NCBI GenBank assembly: GCA_040954595.2
Contig: CM082589.2
Coordinates: 7,694,132-7,758,131, forward strand
Source: Balanoglossus misakiensis
Taxonomy: Eukaryota > Animalia > Hemichordata
DNA: 64,000 bases
Reading direction: 5' to 3'
In this document: positions 1 to 13,315 of the stretch, in pieces
How positions within the stretch are numbered: the stretch's first letter is position 1
Layout: each line of letters begins with the position of its first letter
Translations under genes and position numbers: made by a program
Notes under the pieces: model-generated
The model's input: only the letters and a program-made list of their open reading frames with translations
The model's database searches: none
What the model was told of the DNA's origin: nothing

Positions 1-70
1 AATTAACGGTAAAAAAAATTGAGTCCTCCCGCCCCCCCCCCTCCAGAGGTGTTTGTGAATGCAGCCTTAG

Positions 71-1415
71 AACTGCAATGTTAACGAAGGTGCACAGATG
101 AAACAGCAGTGCAACTTCATAGTGCTAGTTCAACTCTTTCACCAACTTGGGTCATTCAAAAACCATGTTTTTAATGGTAAAGTTAGACCTCTAAAGAAGG
201 GACCAGGGGTGAAAGGGTAGCAGACAGACAGACAGGCAGGCAGACAGACAGACAGACCTACAGGCAGGCAGGCAGGCAGACAGGCAGACAGACAGACAGA
301 CAGGCAGACAGACAGACAGACCTACAGGCAGGCAGGCAGGCAGGCAGACAGACAGACAGACAGACGGGCAGGCAAGGAGGCCGAAAAAAGTTACACATAG
401 CGCGCTAACATTGATAAATATTTAAACGTGTCCAATGCCCCAATTTACCGTCTGTATGTTTTTTTTTAACAAATACACAATTTTCTTTTTTCTATAAAAA
501 TTGTCATATTTATCATTTTGTTTGTGTGAATTCTATGTACCAGTAACATGTTGCATTATAAATAAACCTGGTATATGCCAACAAAGATATCAATTACAGA
601 GTAAATTGAATTCAAAACACAATTGGAAATATTTTGGGATAATTAATATTTCATTGTAATAAACTCAGCGCAGTGTATGCATGTAGCATACACACTCGAC
701 ATATTGTATCATGTTGTTTTGGTTTTTTTTTTTTTTTGGTGTTGTTTTTGGTGGTTTGGTTTGGTTTGGTTTGGTCATCAATGATAGAATACCACATTCT
801 CCCCAAGTACAACGAATACTATTAGTTTTGTACGCGTTTTATCAGTATGCAATGATACCAAAATAGTTTCAATCGTGTTGTCTTACACCCGACCCGTGCG
901 AGTTATTTCTCAAAATAATTAGGTGAAATATATGAATGTACAATTTAAATTAAGAATATCCCGACTCTTTTTCTGATGTCGCGAGAGAATAGAGAAAATT
1001 AGCTTTGTTTGGTGTCACTGTACATGGCTTCACATGTACTGTTCATCTGCTGGACTAGTTACTCGAGCTCAGACCAAAATACCGCGCGATCAGGTCACAT
1101 GTTAACAGTCTAGGCCGGCTAACAAACAATTTAGCATTTGACTGTTGCCAACTCATTGGTCGTTGGCCACAGCAGGGTAACACACAAGACCATAAACAGA
1201 CAGACAGGCAGGCAGACAGATAGAAAAAAGTTACAGATAACGGGTTAAGTTTTATAAACCTTTCAACATGTCCAGGCCCCATTCACCATTTACTTTTATC
1301 CACAAGCTGTTTGTCAACAAAAAACAAAATTTGCTATTTTCTTTAACAATTGTCAAATTTCTAACTTATTTTTCAATCATCGTAAGTACCAGTAACATGT
1401 TGCCTTATAAATAAA
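71..1415. repeat. Copy of a ~1.3-1.6 kb repeated block containing (CAGA/CAGG)n tracts; other copies at ~18056-19305 and ~19639-20920
   Basis: Near-identical sequence read directly, e.g. 'aactgcaatgttaacgaaggtgcacagatgaaacagcagtgc' at 71, ~18057 and ~19639, and 'ctggactagttactcgagctcagaccaaaataccgcgcga' in all three. Confidence 0.9.
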
Positions 1416-2116
1416 CTAGGTTTTGCCGAGAAACTGAACAAACCAATTACAGAATGAATTGAATTTGTAGCCCCGTGTAGGTTGTCTCTGATATTTGAAT
1501 GTCCAGTTAAAAATAAACACGAACATCCCGACTCTTTTTCTGGTGTCGCGAGAGAATATAGTAGAGAAAATCAAAAGTATGTTTGGTGTCACTGTTTGTG
1601 AATTGAAAAAAAAATAAAAAAAATAAGTAGAGCACATGTACTGCTCATCCACTGGACTAGTTACTCACTTTCTTTAAAATTATAGCCTTTCCCCTCTAAT
1701 ACAACAGATGTTACTCGTTTATACACATTTCAGTCGTACAGTTCTAATTGCAGGGATAAAAAGTCAACACCAGCCAACCAACCAACCAAAGAAACAAACG
1801 AACAAACAAACAAACAAACGAACAAACACACACACACACACAAACAAACAAACACAGACAGAAAGACAGACAGACATACAGGCAAGTCAACAAGAAACAA
1901 ACAAACAAACAAAATACAAACCAAACACTGCAGTGAGGTACGAGATACAGTTCATTAAAATTCTCGACACACACGTCTATATACATGGTATAGAGATAGA
2001 TCGAACGATGGATGGATGGTTGGATAGGTGGGTGGGTGGGTGTGTTGGGTGGACGGACGGACGGACAGACAGACAGACAGAGAGACAGAGAGACATACAG
2101 ACAGACAGAGAGACAT

Positions 2117-2156
<40 letters not shown>

Positions 2157-2157
2157 T

Positions 2158-2246
<89 letters not shown>
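2117..2246. repeat. (AGAT)n microsatellite
   Basis: Direct reading; it explains the IYLS-repeat ORFs. Confidence 0.98.
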
Positions 2247-3049
2247 GGTATTGCCAAAAAGACTTCCACATCTCCAGATTACCGTCTATAAGACATAAAA
2301 CTATGTCTTTAAGTCCCCATATGCTTTGCCTCTGTCACCAGTTTTACATTTTAATTCTGAGTACCAGTAACATTTGAGAACCATAAATAAATTTTACTGA
2401 TATTCTCCACAAAAGAAAACCAATTACATATCGAGTACATGGAGCGATGGGTAATGTAGTGACCTCCAATGACTTATCAGTTGGAGGTAATGTAGTGACC
2501 TCCAATGACTTATCAGTTGGACGATTGACGAAGCCGTGGCCACGCTACGTGTTAGCCTAAACATTTTGAATGGAACGCTAGCTTTAGAGATATGTCCTAC
2601 ACACCACCTAACACCTGTATGAAAAATAAGTGAACCGCCAATTATAAAATCCAAAATTTTGGGTTTTGAGTGAATGCATGTAGACATTTCCACATTATAA
2701 TCAAACAGCGCCCTTGTGGCCTGAGTGTATATTAAAAACAGCGATGTAAGCACTCGATTACTCTCGACAAAAGGGTCTATTTTCAGTAACCAATAAACAT
2801 AATTAACCGCTTGGTTGAGATCTTTTGGGGTAATACCGGGGTGGTAGGAACGAGTAAGTGCAGTGCTGAAAAATGAAAACAGAATCGGGGTGGTAGGAAC
2901 GAGTAAGTGCAGTGCTGAAAAATGAAAACAGAATAAGTTTACAGAATTACTATGTATAAAGCATATGTTCCTTCTTCATCATAAGCTATACCTGATAAAA
3001 TGATGTCTAACTTTTTTCTCTTGAGTATTCATATATTTGGAGAGAAGCA

Positions 3050-3676
3050 TGAGTATGATTTTTATGTCAAGTATGCGCAGGCTCAGACACGTTCCAAACT
3101 ATCTGAACGGCCGAATGCTGAATTATGTCAATGTCTATAAATATCTTGGTCACCTTATCACTTGTGACCTTAGGGATAATGAGGACATTCTAGCTCAAAC
3201 TCGACAATTCTATGTTCGCGGTAATGCTATTATTCGTGATTTTAAATTTGCGTCTATCTCTCTGTTAAATGTCATTTGTTTTCTGTGTTTTGTGATATCC
3301 CGTATTGCTCTTACTTATGGGGCGCTTTTTCTGTGTGTATTTAATGCAGTTAGGAGAGCTTACTCCCAGGTTTTCCGTAAATTGTCTGGTTTTAAACATT
3401 CTTTTATTCAGAGCAACAGTGCGATGTTTGTTAATCTTTCTATTTTAACTTTTGATGAAATACTCCGGAAAAAAATCATTCAGCTTTTTAAGCAGACTCC
3501 ACCTCTCAAGTAATCCACTTGTAGCCAGTGTTTAATCACTATCAGTGTTCTCAAATAGTGGACTTTGGAAGGTTTGGAGTAGACGATTGTTTTGATGTTT
3601 TTATGGTGTTTTGTTTTGCTATGGATTATTTTATAATCTGAATTAAAGATGAAATAATAATAATAATAATAATAAC
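3050..3676 (+). mobile_element. 5'-truncated non-LTR retrotransposon (CR1/L2-like) relic with (AAT)n tail
   Basis: ORF 3037-3513 reads YLNGRMLNYVNVYKYLGHLITCDLRDNEDILAQTRQFYVRGN, typical of the RT C-terminal/thumb region. It ends in (AAT)n at ~3653-3676 and is absent from the paralogous flank at ~22280-22330. Confidence 0.75.
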
Positions 3677-3946
3677 CGTATAAGAAAGTCCTAAAGTACT
3701 CCTTAACACCTGTTTCAGCAAAAGTACAACGTCCACAGCGTCGAATATATGGCATGGGTCTAATAGCATGTAAGTTTCTTGGAAATGGGGTTAAAAAAGG
3801 CAATCGCTCATGTTGCGGGAACTGGTGCCTGGATAGTTGAAACGAAACTTTGAAATGGGTTGAAAACTCAATTAAGCTGTTTAATACATGTGGAACTTAA
3901 CGTGAGATGCATTGTTCATTGGAACAGAAATAAAACTTCAAATGCT

Positions 3947-4046
3947 TATAAAGGGACTGTTCTGCCTGTAGTTTGTGTGGTAACTTGGTACAGAGTCACT
4001 CGTTCGACTTTCACCATCTGCTTGACAAACAGCGGCGAAAACGAAG
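3947..4046 (+). promoter_or_regulatory. Putative TATA box and non-coding first exon of protease copy 1
   Basis: TATAAA at 3947-3952 and donor AAG|GTATGT after 4046. The arrangement is conserved in copy 2 (TATAAG at ~22616, donor after 22715). Confidence 0.55.
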
Positions 4047-4540
4047 GTATGTTTCTTAAAACTTACACTATTCGGTAGAGCTAGTCTCACGCGTGTGTGG
4101 AACTAGTGTTTGTCCACTAATGCCACGCTTCTTAAACCAGTCAGTACAATTTTGTACGCCGACAATGATTTTTTTTTTCAACTTTCACCATCTACTTGAT
4201 ACACAGCATTCGGTAAGGTTATTTTCATACGCGTATGTATGTACATACATTACACATGTAATAACGAAATGTACCAAACACATATATATAGTGGAAAAAT
4301 GCACTTTTCTGAGAGAGAAAAATAACAATTCGGACAATTTGATACATCTGTAAAGTCTCCTGTTCGACTTTTTCCCATCTGATTCATAATAGACACATAA
4401 ATCCATACAACGGAACAGAAATTAATTTCTATTTTGAATGATTTGAATTTTCCTTACATTAATTGAAGCATGTCCAGATTATATCAGGTCATCGTCTTGA
4501 TCGCAAAGACTGCGTTATCCATAACATTTCATCTCACATC

Positions 4541-5408
4541 ATGGCATTTCAGACAATCATGATCACATCGCGATCCACAGCGATTTGGTTCTGCATGTTT
4601 GCACTACTTGTGGTGCAGATTACAGCAGCCAGCGCAAATAAGAGGAAGATCGAGGAAGAGCGAAGAATCCGTGCGCTGCGTCCGAGCTTCGTCAAACGTG
4701 AAACTCAAGCGCCACTGATTCATGCTGGAGATGAGAAGATAGAAGAGGAATACATCGTAAAACTGAGGGTTAGTAGATGTTGTGGTGAACACATATTAAT
4801 CGATTACAGAAAGTATGCCAGAGCCATGTGCTGTTCACAGCTGATCTATTCTTTCCAGACAACAGTTCCGTACGCCAGCGCGCTAAATGACACACTGTCT
4901 ATGTCTATAGAACTGTCCCACGTCCACAAATATTGATCGACCGCCAAACCCATGCAAAATAGATCTGCAATTACTCAATTACTCGCAAATTATATACACG
5001 CTCAGAATATCGAAAATTATTTCCAAAATGCTCAATGATGATGTTTTCAGCTGTGTATCCAACATGAGGGACATAGAACTCAGGGCAACCGGTACTAATG
5101 ATAAAAACATTCATAACTTTATCATTATCAGTCTTTTTTTAAACAAGTGGTACACTCATTACATGATATGCATCCACTTCTCATAATCAATATACACTGT
5201 CATCTCATTTTATTCAGGACGACCTTACTGATGAAGAACTGGCCGCATTCGAAGCCAAATTCCAAGCACTTGCTGAAGAGCATGGCTTACATATTGATTT
5301 TCAAATAGATTTGACAAGTTTGATGAAAGGTTTTGTTGCCAGAGTTCCTGCGGACGCAGTCGAAATAGTATGTGCGCATTTCGTTATTTTCAAAGCCTCT
5401 GGTCTGCC

Positions 5409-5447
<39 letters not shown>

Positions 5448-8400
5448 GTGTGTGTATGTGTGTATGTATGTATTACTGTATGTATTAATGTATTACTGTA
5501 TGTATGTATGTATGTATGTATGTATGTATGTATGTATGTATGTATGTATGTATGTATGTATGTATGTATGTGTGTATGTATGTATGTATGAATGAATGAA
5601 TGAATGCATGCATGTATTTTCGTTCCTTGTAGTAATTAGTATCATTCTGTTTTCATTTAGCTGCGTTGGCTGGATGAGGTAGAGTTTGTTGAAGAAGACG
5701 AAGTTATCCATGGAAATGTAGAGTGGGGTTTGGACAGGATTGATCAGGCTGACTTGCCTTTGGATAATGTTTACTCATCAGCACCACTAGGTAAATCTGT
5801 ACCTTTCTTGATATTAACCTTAAACTCATTTTTGAAATATTTGATGTCGGAATTGTTTTTTTTTTCTTCTAATATAATGATCGAGCTTCCTCAAGTAATA
5901 TACCTAAAGTGCCCGGTAATCATTGACATTACGTACAACTCTTATTAAATCACTTATCACTTGAGAGTTTGACTTCATTTGTTGAGTGTATGTTTAACAA
6001 AATGGTTAATTTGACTACCGTTTATTCAATTACCTGAATTTTTTGTAAATCATGATCGCAATATTTATTTATGTTTTATTTGAAGGGGACGGTAGTGGAG
6101 TGAATGTCTTTGTATTTGATACTGGCATACGTTTCTCACATAAAGAGTTTGGTGGAAGAGCACATTCCTTTTACGACTACTTTTCAGATGGAAAAAATGT
6201 GAGTAACAGTATATATAAGACGCCATTGTTTGAGAAGAATAGAATCAAAGGACAATGTTTCCAAGGTTCTTCTGTCGTACTACGGATAGTGTGTTTGTTG
6301 TGAGAAAAACATTTCTATGACAAATTCACGTCTGAAATTGTTGCATGCACTGTGTTGTATATTTTGCCGAAAAAAGGGGTGAGTGTTACAATGAACACGA
6401 CAGAAACCAATTTTATTTCGCCTGTTTTAAAACACTATCACCTTTGATCCTTGTTGCGTTTGGGAGACAATAAAAGAGCGATATTTTGGTTTTACGTTCT
6501 AATTCGAGATATATACAATGACAATATTTCTGGATATAATGCGTGTTTTTCAGGGGAAAGACTGTAATGGACATGGTACTCACTGTGCTGGTACTATTGG
6601 TGGGAGCACTGTTGGTGTTGCACCTGGTGTTACATTGTATTCGGGTCGTATTTTGAATTGCCAAGGAAAAGGGTCAGTCAGCAGTAGTGTTGCAGGTAAG
6701 ACTGAGTCATCGTAATTAATTTTCAAGTTTTTAATTATTACATCAAAATTATTGACAAAAATAAACATTTTAATTATCATTCTTTTAATTCAAGGTGAAC
6801 GAAATATATTACGCGAAATCCGTACAAAATTGTCCCAAACTAAAACAAATCGCCTTCATAGAGGCGCACGACAGCTAGCTTCTCATGATTTATATTATAC
6901 ATCTGGCACCGAGAACAATAGAATTTTGCGTGCACTAAAAAAGCCGTACGGAACGGTACGTACGGAACGTGTGTTAAATTACCCCTTAAGTTTCAGGGCG
7001 CCCTAACTCACCGTGTACAGGTATGCGCTGTCATGCGGACGGTTTCAAGGCACACCCACTCCAACGCACGTAAACAAAAAAGAAAGATGGCTGCTCACTG
7101 AGTCAACTGAGCGGTTTTCGATCGATTGTATCGGCAACACAAGAATTAACGGAAATGTAAGATGTATAATAATAAGGTTATTACGAAAATACCGCAAAGT
7201 ATGCACGAGGAGATTAGCGCCCGGTTTCGCCCGACGCGTAGTGGAGGGCGTAGCTGCAATAATTGTAGCCCTGGTGGGTTGGTTGATTTCTGACAAGGGG
7301 GGCTTGATCGCTGACGGCCCACCTTGATCGCTGACCGATGACAGAAACTTGCCACCCCCCAGCCGTAAAAACTGAACGGTCCCTAATGTCCGATTGCATA
7401 CTTTGCGGTATTTTCGTAATAACCTCATATTATCCCTGCAGCTATGGATGCTGTTGCTGCTTCGAATAAAAAACCAGCAGTTGTCTCCATATCGCTTGGC
7501 GGTGATAAATCCACAACTGAGAATTTGGCAGTCAAACGTTTAACCGATGCTGGCTACATCGTGGTTGTGTCTGCTGGAAACAATAATAGAGACGCCTGTT
7601 TACAGTCACCTGCATCGGCTCCTGAGGTATTACATTTGAAGTATGATAAAAACAATAAGAATATATTGAGGCATGAATCCAACAGAAAGGTGACATACGA
7701 TCACCAAGAATATGCGTGCCATCTTAGAAATGAATAAAATGCAGGTGTTGACGCCCCTGTGTGTAACTGTATCTGTTTGTAGCTCAGCAAAGTCACCACT
7801 AAATCTTATGAGTTCTGATTTTGATTTGACCGTGAAGTATCCGTATAATGACGGTTTAAATACCAGTCGCTCCATTGTACATGTATTCGTTCCTGAAAAT
7901 ATCTTTTAACTTCCACTTTGTGTCGTACATGACCAGACCAAACCATAACCAACTGATAAAGTTAGCAACTGTTTCTGTATGTTACAGGCAATTACGGTGG
8001 GAGCTACTGACTCTGACGACAATTTAGCTTGGTATTCTAACTACGGCAGGTGTGTTAATATTCTGGCACCCGGAAGTGACGTCAGAAGTGCTTGGCACAC
8101 TGGGGACGCCAGCTACACCACTATTAGTGGAACCTCGATGGCAACTCCTCACGTTGCTGGTAAGAGTGTCTTGATATACTCTGAGGTCTTCATGTATTCT
8201 GAGGGCACGCTCTAAGAAATATATGTAAATCATAATTAACACAATGATGAACGGATCAAATAAACTCATGATGATGTGATTTAATTTACTTTAATCAAAT
8301 GCGGTAATCTCAGAATTGCAAACGGGCAAACTTGGAACATTATTTCAGTGGTTTGCGGTTACATGAATCTGTTGTAATAAGGGACATTTTTTTATTTTGC

Positions 8401-10622
8401 ATTTTTTTTGTTTCTCTGGCCGCCGTAGTGTAGAAGAATGACGTCATAGGTCTTGCATGATTTTCGCAATTTTCATAAATTTTGTATATTTGACATTGTT
8501 TATTTCTACTTCCGGTTTAGGAAGCTCTAAAATGTTTAGGGTCGGCGGGTTAAAATTAGGGTAGGTCGGGTAATCGGCACAGCACATATTTTTTTGGCCT
8601 TATAATCTTCTGCCAATCCCGATTCAAGGAAATTAAATGTCTTCTGGCGTTCCTGTAATATTCTCTCTGTTTCCTCTCAAGGTGTTGCTGCCCTGCTGCT
8701 TGAACAGGACTCGTCTCTCACACAAACGACGATGTTAAACAAATTGTTGGAAACCGCCCAAACAGGAAAAATTGACCTGTCCCGCCTGTCTGATAGTTCA
8801 TCAACACCGAATAAACTCCTGAATATTCCCAGTGAGTTGACACACAATTTGTTTCATCAAAAATCAGTCACCACCAGGAAGTATGCATCATTCCTGCTCC
8901 TTAAAACTACCACCACCACCACCACAACAACAACAACAACAAACAAACAAACAAACAAGCAAAACATTCCTTCCCACACTTCTGTTCATCGAAAATCAGT
9001 CCCAAGCTCTACAGGTTAGTGTATAACCAGACCTTAATGAGGCCAAGCGAAACGCAACATTTTAGATTTGTTTGCATTTGACATGATTCAGACTAAATTG
9101 TGGATGTGAACACATACCGTGTTTGGGGACTTAGGCCTAAGTGGAAGTGGTACAAGTCTTTAGTTACAAGAATCTGACACAATGTTGAAATTGAATATGT
9201 AGCCAAAACAGATGCTAACTAATGACAGTAATGACGGAAAGTGAACACAATTAAATGGTTTTACACTATTATTTTTTTTCTGCCAAACTACGTACAGTCG
9301 CAGCAGCGTTCCATGTTGAAGGTGCCGGTGGAAGGTACACCTTGGACTTCTTCGAGGCCGTGAGTGCGTGCAGTTCTATCAATGCACGCTTGGCAAGCTA
9401 CGATGAACTGGTAGAAGCCTGGGAACAAGGTCTGGAAGAGTGTCGCGTTGGCTGGTTGGTTGGTCGACGTGCTGCATACCCCATGCAAAGAAAGGACGGT
9501 GACTGTGGAAACAGAATAGGAGTCATTGATTGGGGATTCAAATCCCCAGGCGATCAGTATGACGTGTACTGTTATCCAGAAGGTGGGTAATGTCGCACGC
9601 TTGCATTTCACATTCAGTGTCTTTGTTATGGATTGAGTGTCGTTTTGACATGTATGAAAAAGAGCGTTAGCTGAACCAGTTAACTTAATGACATTCACTG
9701 CATTAATATGCCCGATAACTGGAGATTTAAGTGTTTTACAAAAGAAGTGTTAACGACGTAAATGACCTATTTCCTTGTCTTAGATGGTCAACAATATGCA
9801 ACAACTTTGAAGGGACAAATGCGTTTTGATCTTTGGTGAAATTTATTTGAAAACAATACAAGAAGTTTCTATTTTAGCAACAAATTTCAGAAAGATAGAG
9901 AGACAGAGACAGAGAGAAAGACAGCAGAGAGAGACAGAAACGGAGAGAGAGACAGAGACACAGAGAGAGAGAGAGAAATAGACAAGAGACAGAGAGAGAT
10001 TGCTTGGACATAAACCACATGAGTCAAAATGACATTCAACCATAACTGACGAAGTTGCATTCAACCAAAAATATTCAAATTTATTTCCATGTTCTGATAT
10101 CATTTACAGCCTTGAATTTCCTCCGTTAGTGTGCAAAATAGAATGCTTTTAAAGCACTTATATACGTGTGGTTTTATTTTCCAGTAATAAAAGTGTTCCA
10201 CGTTGTTGGCGCCGGTGGTCGATACTCATTGAACTATGACTCTGCTAGGACTGCGTGCACAAATAACCAAGGACGCATAGCAACGTACGATGAATTGGTA
10301 GAAGCTTGGGGCCAAGGTCTTGAAGAGTGTCTGGCTGGATGGTTAGAAGGTGGACGTGTTGCATACCCCATGCAAAGAGTGAACAGTGACTGCGGAGGCA
10401 AAATAGGAGTCATTGATTGGGGATTCAGACGTACAAGCGACCAGTATGATGTGTACTGTTATTCAGGAGGTAAGAAGAAATGTAAAATTGATAACATTCA
10501 CACTACATTTTCAATGTTTTGGCCTGTTTGTGAATGAATGAGTTGTCAAACATTTACCAGAACAAGATAGCATACATCTTAGCATCGTTACATTCAAGCA
10601 ATTTATATTTCGGTTAGATTAA
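4541..10622 (+). CDS. Secreted proteinase K/aqualysin-like S8A serine protease with I9-type propeptide and two Link modules, copy 1 (~614 aa; final exon frameshifted). Exons: 4541-4768, 5218-5367, 5661-5790, 6086-6198, 6554-6695, 7442-7626, 7988-8159, 8682-8831, 9298-9582, 10185-10469, 10618-10622
   Basis: Hydrophobic signal peptide; EEYIVKL propeptide motif; WGLDRIDQ; catalytic D (FDTGI), H (HGTHCAG), oxyanion N (AGN) and S ([12 protein letters not shown]). Link signature FHV...Y.L....A...C.....LASYDEL..AW..GLEEC..GW...YPM....CG...GVIDWG...YDVYCY. All introns are GT-AG with matching phases. Confidence 0.92.
5404..5604. repeat. Intronic (TCTG)n/(TATG)n microsatellite
   Basis: Direct reading. 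Confidence 0.97.
6894..7431. mobile_element. ~540 bp insertion in an intron of protease copy 1, with two pairs of inverted repeats
   Basis: Absent from the copy 2 intron (~25880-25923). IR pair attatacatct (6894-6904)/agatgtataat (7160-7170), and a ~35 bp IR pair at 7171-7205/7395-7431. Confidence 0.75.
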
Positions 10623-11314
10623 CAGTAGAGATGGCGAATGTGATGATGGTGGACCCAATTCGATATACAGCCTGTGCGATTATGGAACCGACTGTGATGA
10701 CTGTGGACCCCGCCCTCCACTGTGAATCAGCCTTCACTGAAACTCACAAGGGAAGATGGACGTCATTCGCGGTAACACTGCGGTGCATGCATGAAAAAAA
10801 TGACAATAGATTAGGATTTTCATCTTTCTCTGTAGTATGACAGTATACGACATTTGAATTAGGCTACCCTCTTGGGTAGCTATCGTTGCTATTGGTATTA
10901 TCTTTTGGGAATAAACATATTGGTTATTGCATTGATATGTTGTCATGGCATTAATATACTTATTTCTTTCGTCAAAAGTTACAAACTTACGTGTACATAT
11001 ACTTCTCAACGTCACAAAAACGTATGATGAAATTGATAAAAAAAAAAAAACTTATCCAATATTATATGTACATGTACAATACTATTAAATCTGAAGATGT
11101 TGATGCCCAAGCTATAAATATGCAAGATGTGCATATATATTTCCAATTTTTCTTAACACTGAGTCAATAAAGTCTGATATAATTTGAAAATATATGAAAT
11201 GAAGTACTACGAATGTAGTTGGCCTTTTCATGGCCATAATAAAATGACATTTGTGAAGGAAACATCTCACACGACAGTACAGGAAAACATCAGTGTCTCA
11301 CGAGATATAATCGT

Positions 11315-11434
<120 letters not shown>

Positions 11435-12724
11435 GCGTGTGCGTGTGTACGTGTGTCAGACCTCGTCGCTTCCCCAGTGCAAAGTGCGCCCCTGGCGATA
11501 GGACATGAGCAACGAGTACAAATGATATGCAGTGCTGGCGAAGTAAATGTCTATCAATCTGATTAAAATCATATGTAGGGTTGGCTCGATGTTTTCCTTT
11601 GCTGATCTTTGGTTATTCAGTTCTAGGTGTTGACTCAGCGAAATATAAGGTTGACCACCAAAGTGGCGTCAAATGGTCACCTGAGGGCATGTTTCTTTCA
11701 AGAAAATTATTGCTGGATGACTTCTTTTCAGCTGAAAATATTTAGCTAAATATATCCCGGCCGATGAGAAATTGTGTCTATAATATAGCAGCTCGGTACG
11801 TTATTTAACCACGTACAAGACAAAACTTTTGTTTTAAAAAGCAGATACTGTCTAAACCAGCGATTGCATATTAAACCGCCATTCACTATGCATACTCAGA
11901 TGATACTGTATAGTGGTACCAGAAATCACCTAAAGAAATAGTTATTCAGGAGAGACTTGGTTAACTGATGATACGTTTGTTACATTGGTTACTTTGAGAC
12001 AACGCAATATGTTTTTTTAGAATGTACGTTGATCTAAAGTTATCCTCTATTGCTGTGCAGATCATATGTGGTACTGAAGTCCCATTATAAACCACCACAT
12101 CATTAGTTTCTTTTTGCCTAGTACTTGTAATTGCAATATTATAAGAATTCTGCATGTCTATCTTGTAATACTGTCTCCCACATTTGTACCAATGTAAGGA
12201 AACATATTGGAGTCGTTCTCATCTATTTTGCCAATAATATTGATCGCACCTGATGACAAATGAATTTACTCCTCTGCGGTGATAATTCTCCTGTCTAATT
12301 TCAGATTGTAACAAAACTGGATCAGGGAAGCAGACTAAATTTTTTTATTCACTATTAAACTTAGATGTGCACTTTCATTGAATGTTTTGACTAATTAAGT
12401 ACAATTGACAGGCTTAAGCTTTTTATAATGATTTTAGAATCTTGCTTGGCATAAGATGGCATATATTTATTATTCATTCAGTACACAACTTGCACTATCT
12501 GTATTCCTAAAACTCTGGTAAACAATCATATCATAACTTTGGCAAGTAAACAACTCACCATATAGATTTTAGATTTTATTGTAGACTGAATGAAAGTTTT
12601 AATACCCTGATCAGTTTTACCTGCTACCAATACTGATTTTATGTCTTGAGGGGTAATTTGGGGAATCTTTGGGCATGACAACGCATGTTATATTCCACTG
12701 TCTGTGGAATGTAAAATGAAAGAA

Positions 12725-13160
12725 CCGTGTAACTGCCAGACACCCATGAAGAATCAAATCTCGGACATGGCCTGACCGAGTCAGTCATATACTAAGCCAT
12801 GGTTTAAACACAGGACAACAAACCAGACCAAACGTATGTCGGACTCACTACTGGTACATACCTTCAAGACCGGCTTCAACAACCACAAAGACTACTTCAA
12901 GAACCACGCCAAAAACAACAGCACAGAACTTAGTAAATATATCTGGAAATTAAAAGATGACAACATAGGACACAAAATCACATGAAAACCCATTAAACAA
13001 GCTAGCCCCTACACACCTTACATTAGCAATAGATTCAATCTATGCCTTTGGGAGAAATATTTTATCAAAAGCAAAACGAAACAGGCCACCCTCAATAAAC
13101 TCGTCAGCTAGCACGTCGCCACTCCAGCAAATTCCTCCTAAGGAATTTCATAACCTAGCC
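12725..13160 (+). mobile_element. Degenerate Penelope-like retroelement, GIY-YIG endonuclease region
   Basis: Translation TFKTGFNNHKDYFKNHAKNNSTELSKYIWKLKDDNIGHKIT*KPIKQASPY...FNLCLWEKYFI matches the PLE endonuclease pattern (STELSKYIW...CNLCL.EK). It contains stops. Confidence 0.8.
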
Positions 13161-13225
13161 GATTAATGCTACCCGCCCAGCTCCAATCATTATTCAATGC
13201 CTTTCAAAATTAGCATACCTATAAT

Positions 13226-13315
13226 CTATGCCTTTTATGAGTCACTGGACTCGCTCATCAGCAGATTAAACTGGTTAGTGAGTCCAATGACTAATGAAAC
13301 AACATTGTAGACAAT
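13226..13315 (+). ncRNA. Decayed type I hammerhead ribozyme motif at the 3' end of the Penelope-like relic
   Basis: cttttatga (degenerate CUGAUGA), a 15-bp stem II gtcactggactcgct/agtgagtccaatgac, GAAAC (13296-13300), a minimal stem III and GTA (13307-13309). PLE terminal repeats are known to carry hammerheads. Confidence 0.55.

Noticed and set aside
1708-2271. Long ORFs with QTNK/IYLS/VCLS repeats (also 11184-11566, 17286-17624, 24099-24694)
   Set aside because: They are translations of microsatellites, with no coding signal.
2838-2933. ~48-bp direct repeat (and a 36-bp one at 2451-2520) resembling CRISPR repeats
   Set aside because: Only two adjacent copies, no spacers, eukaryotic context; these are local slippage duplications absent from the paralogous flank.
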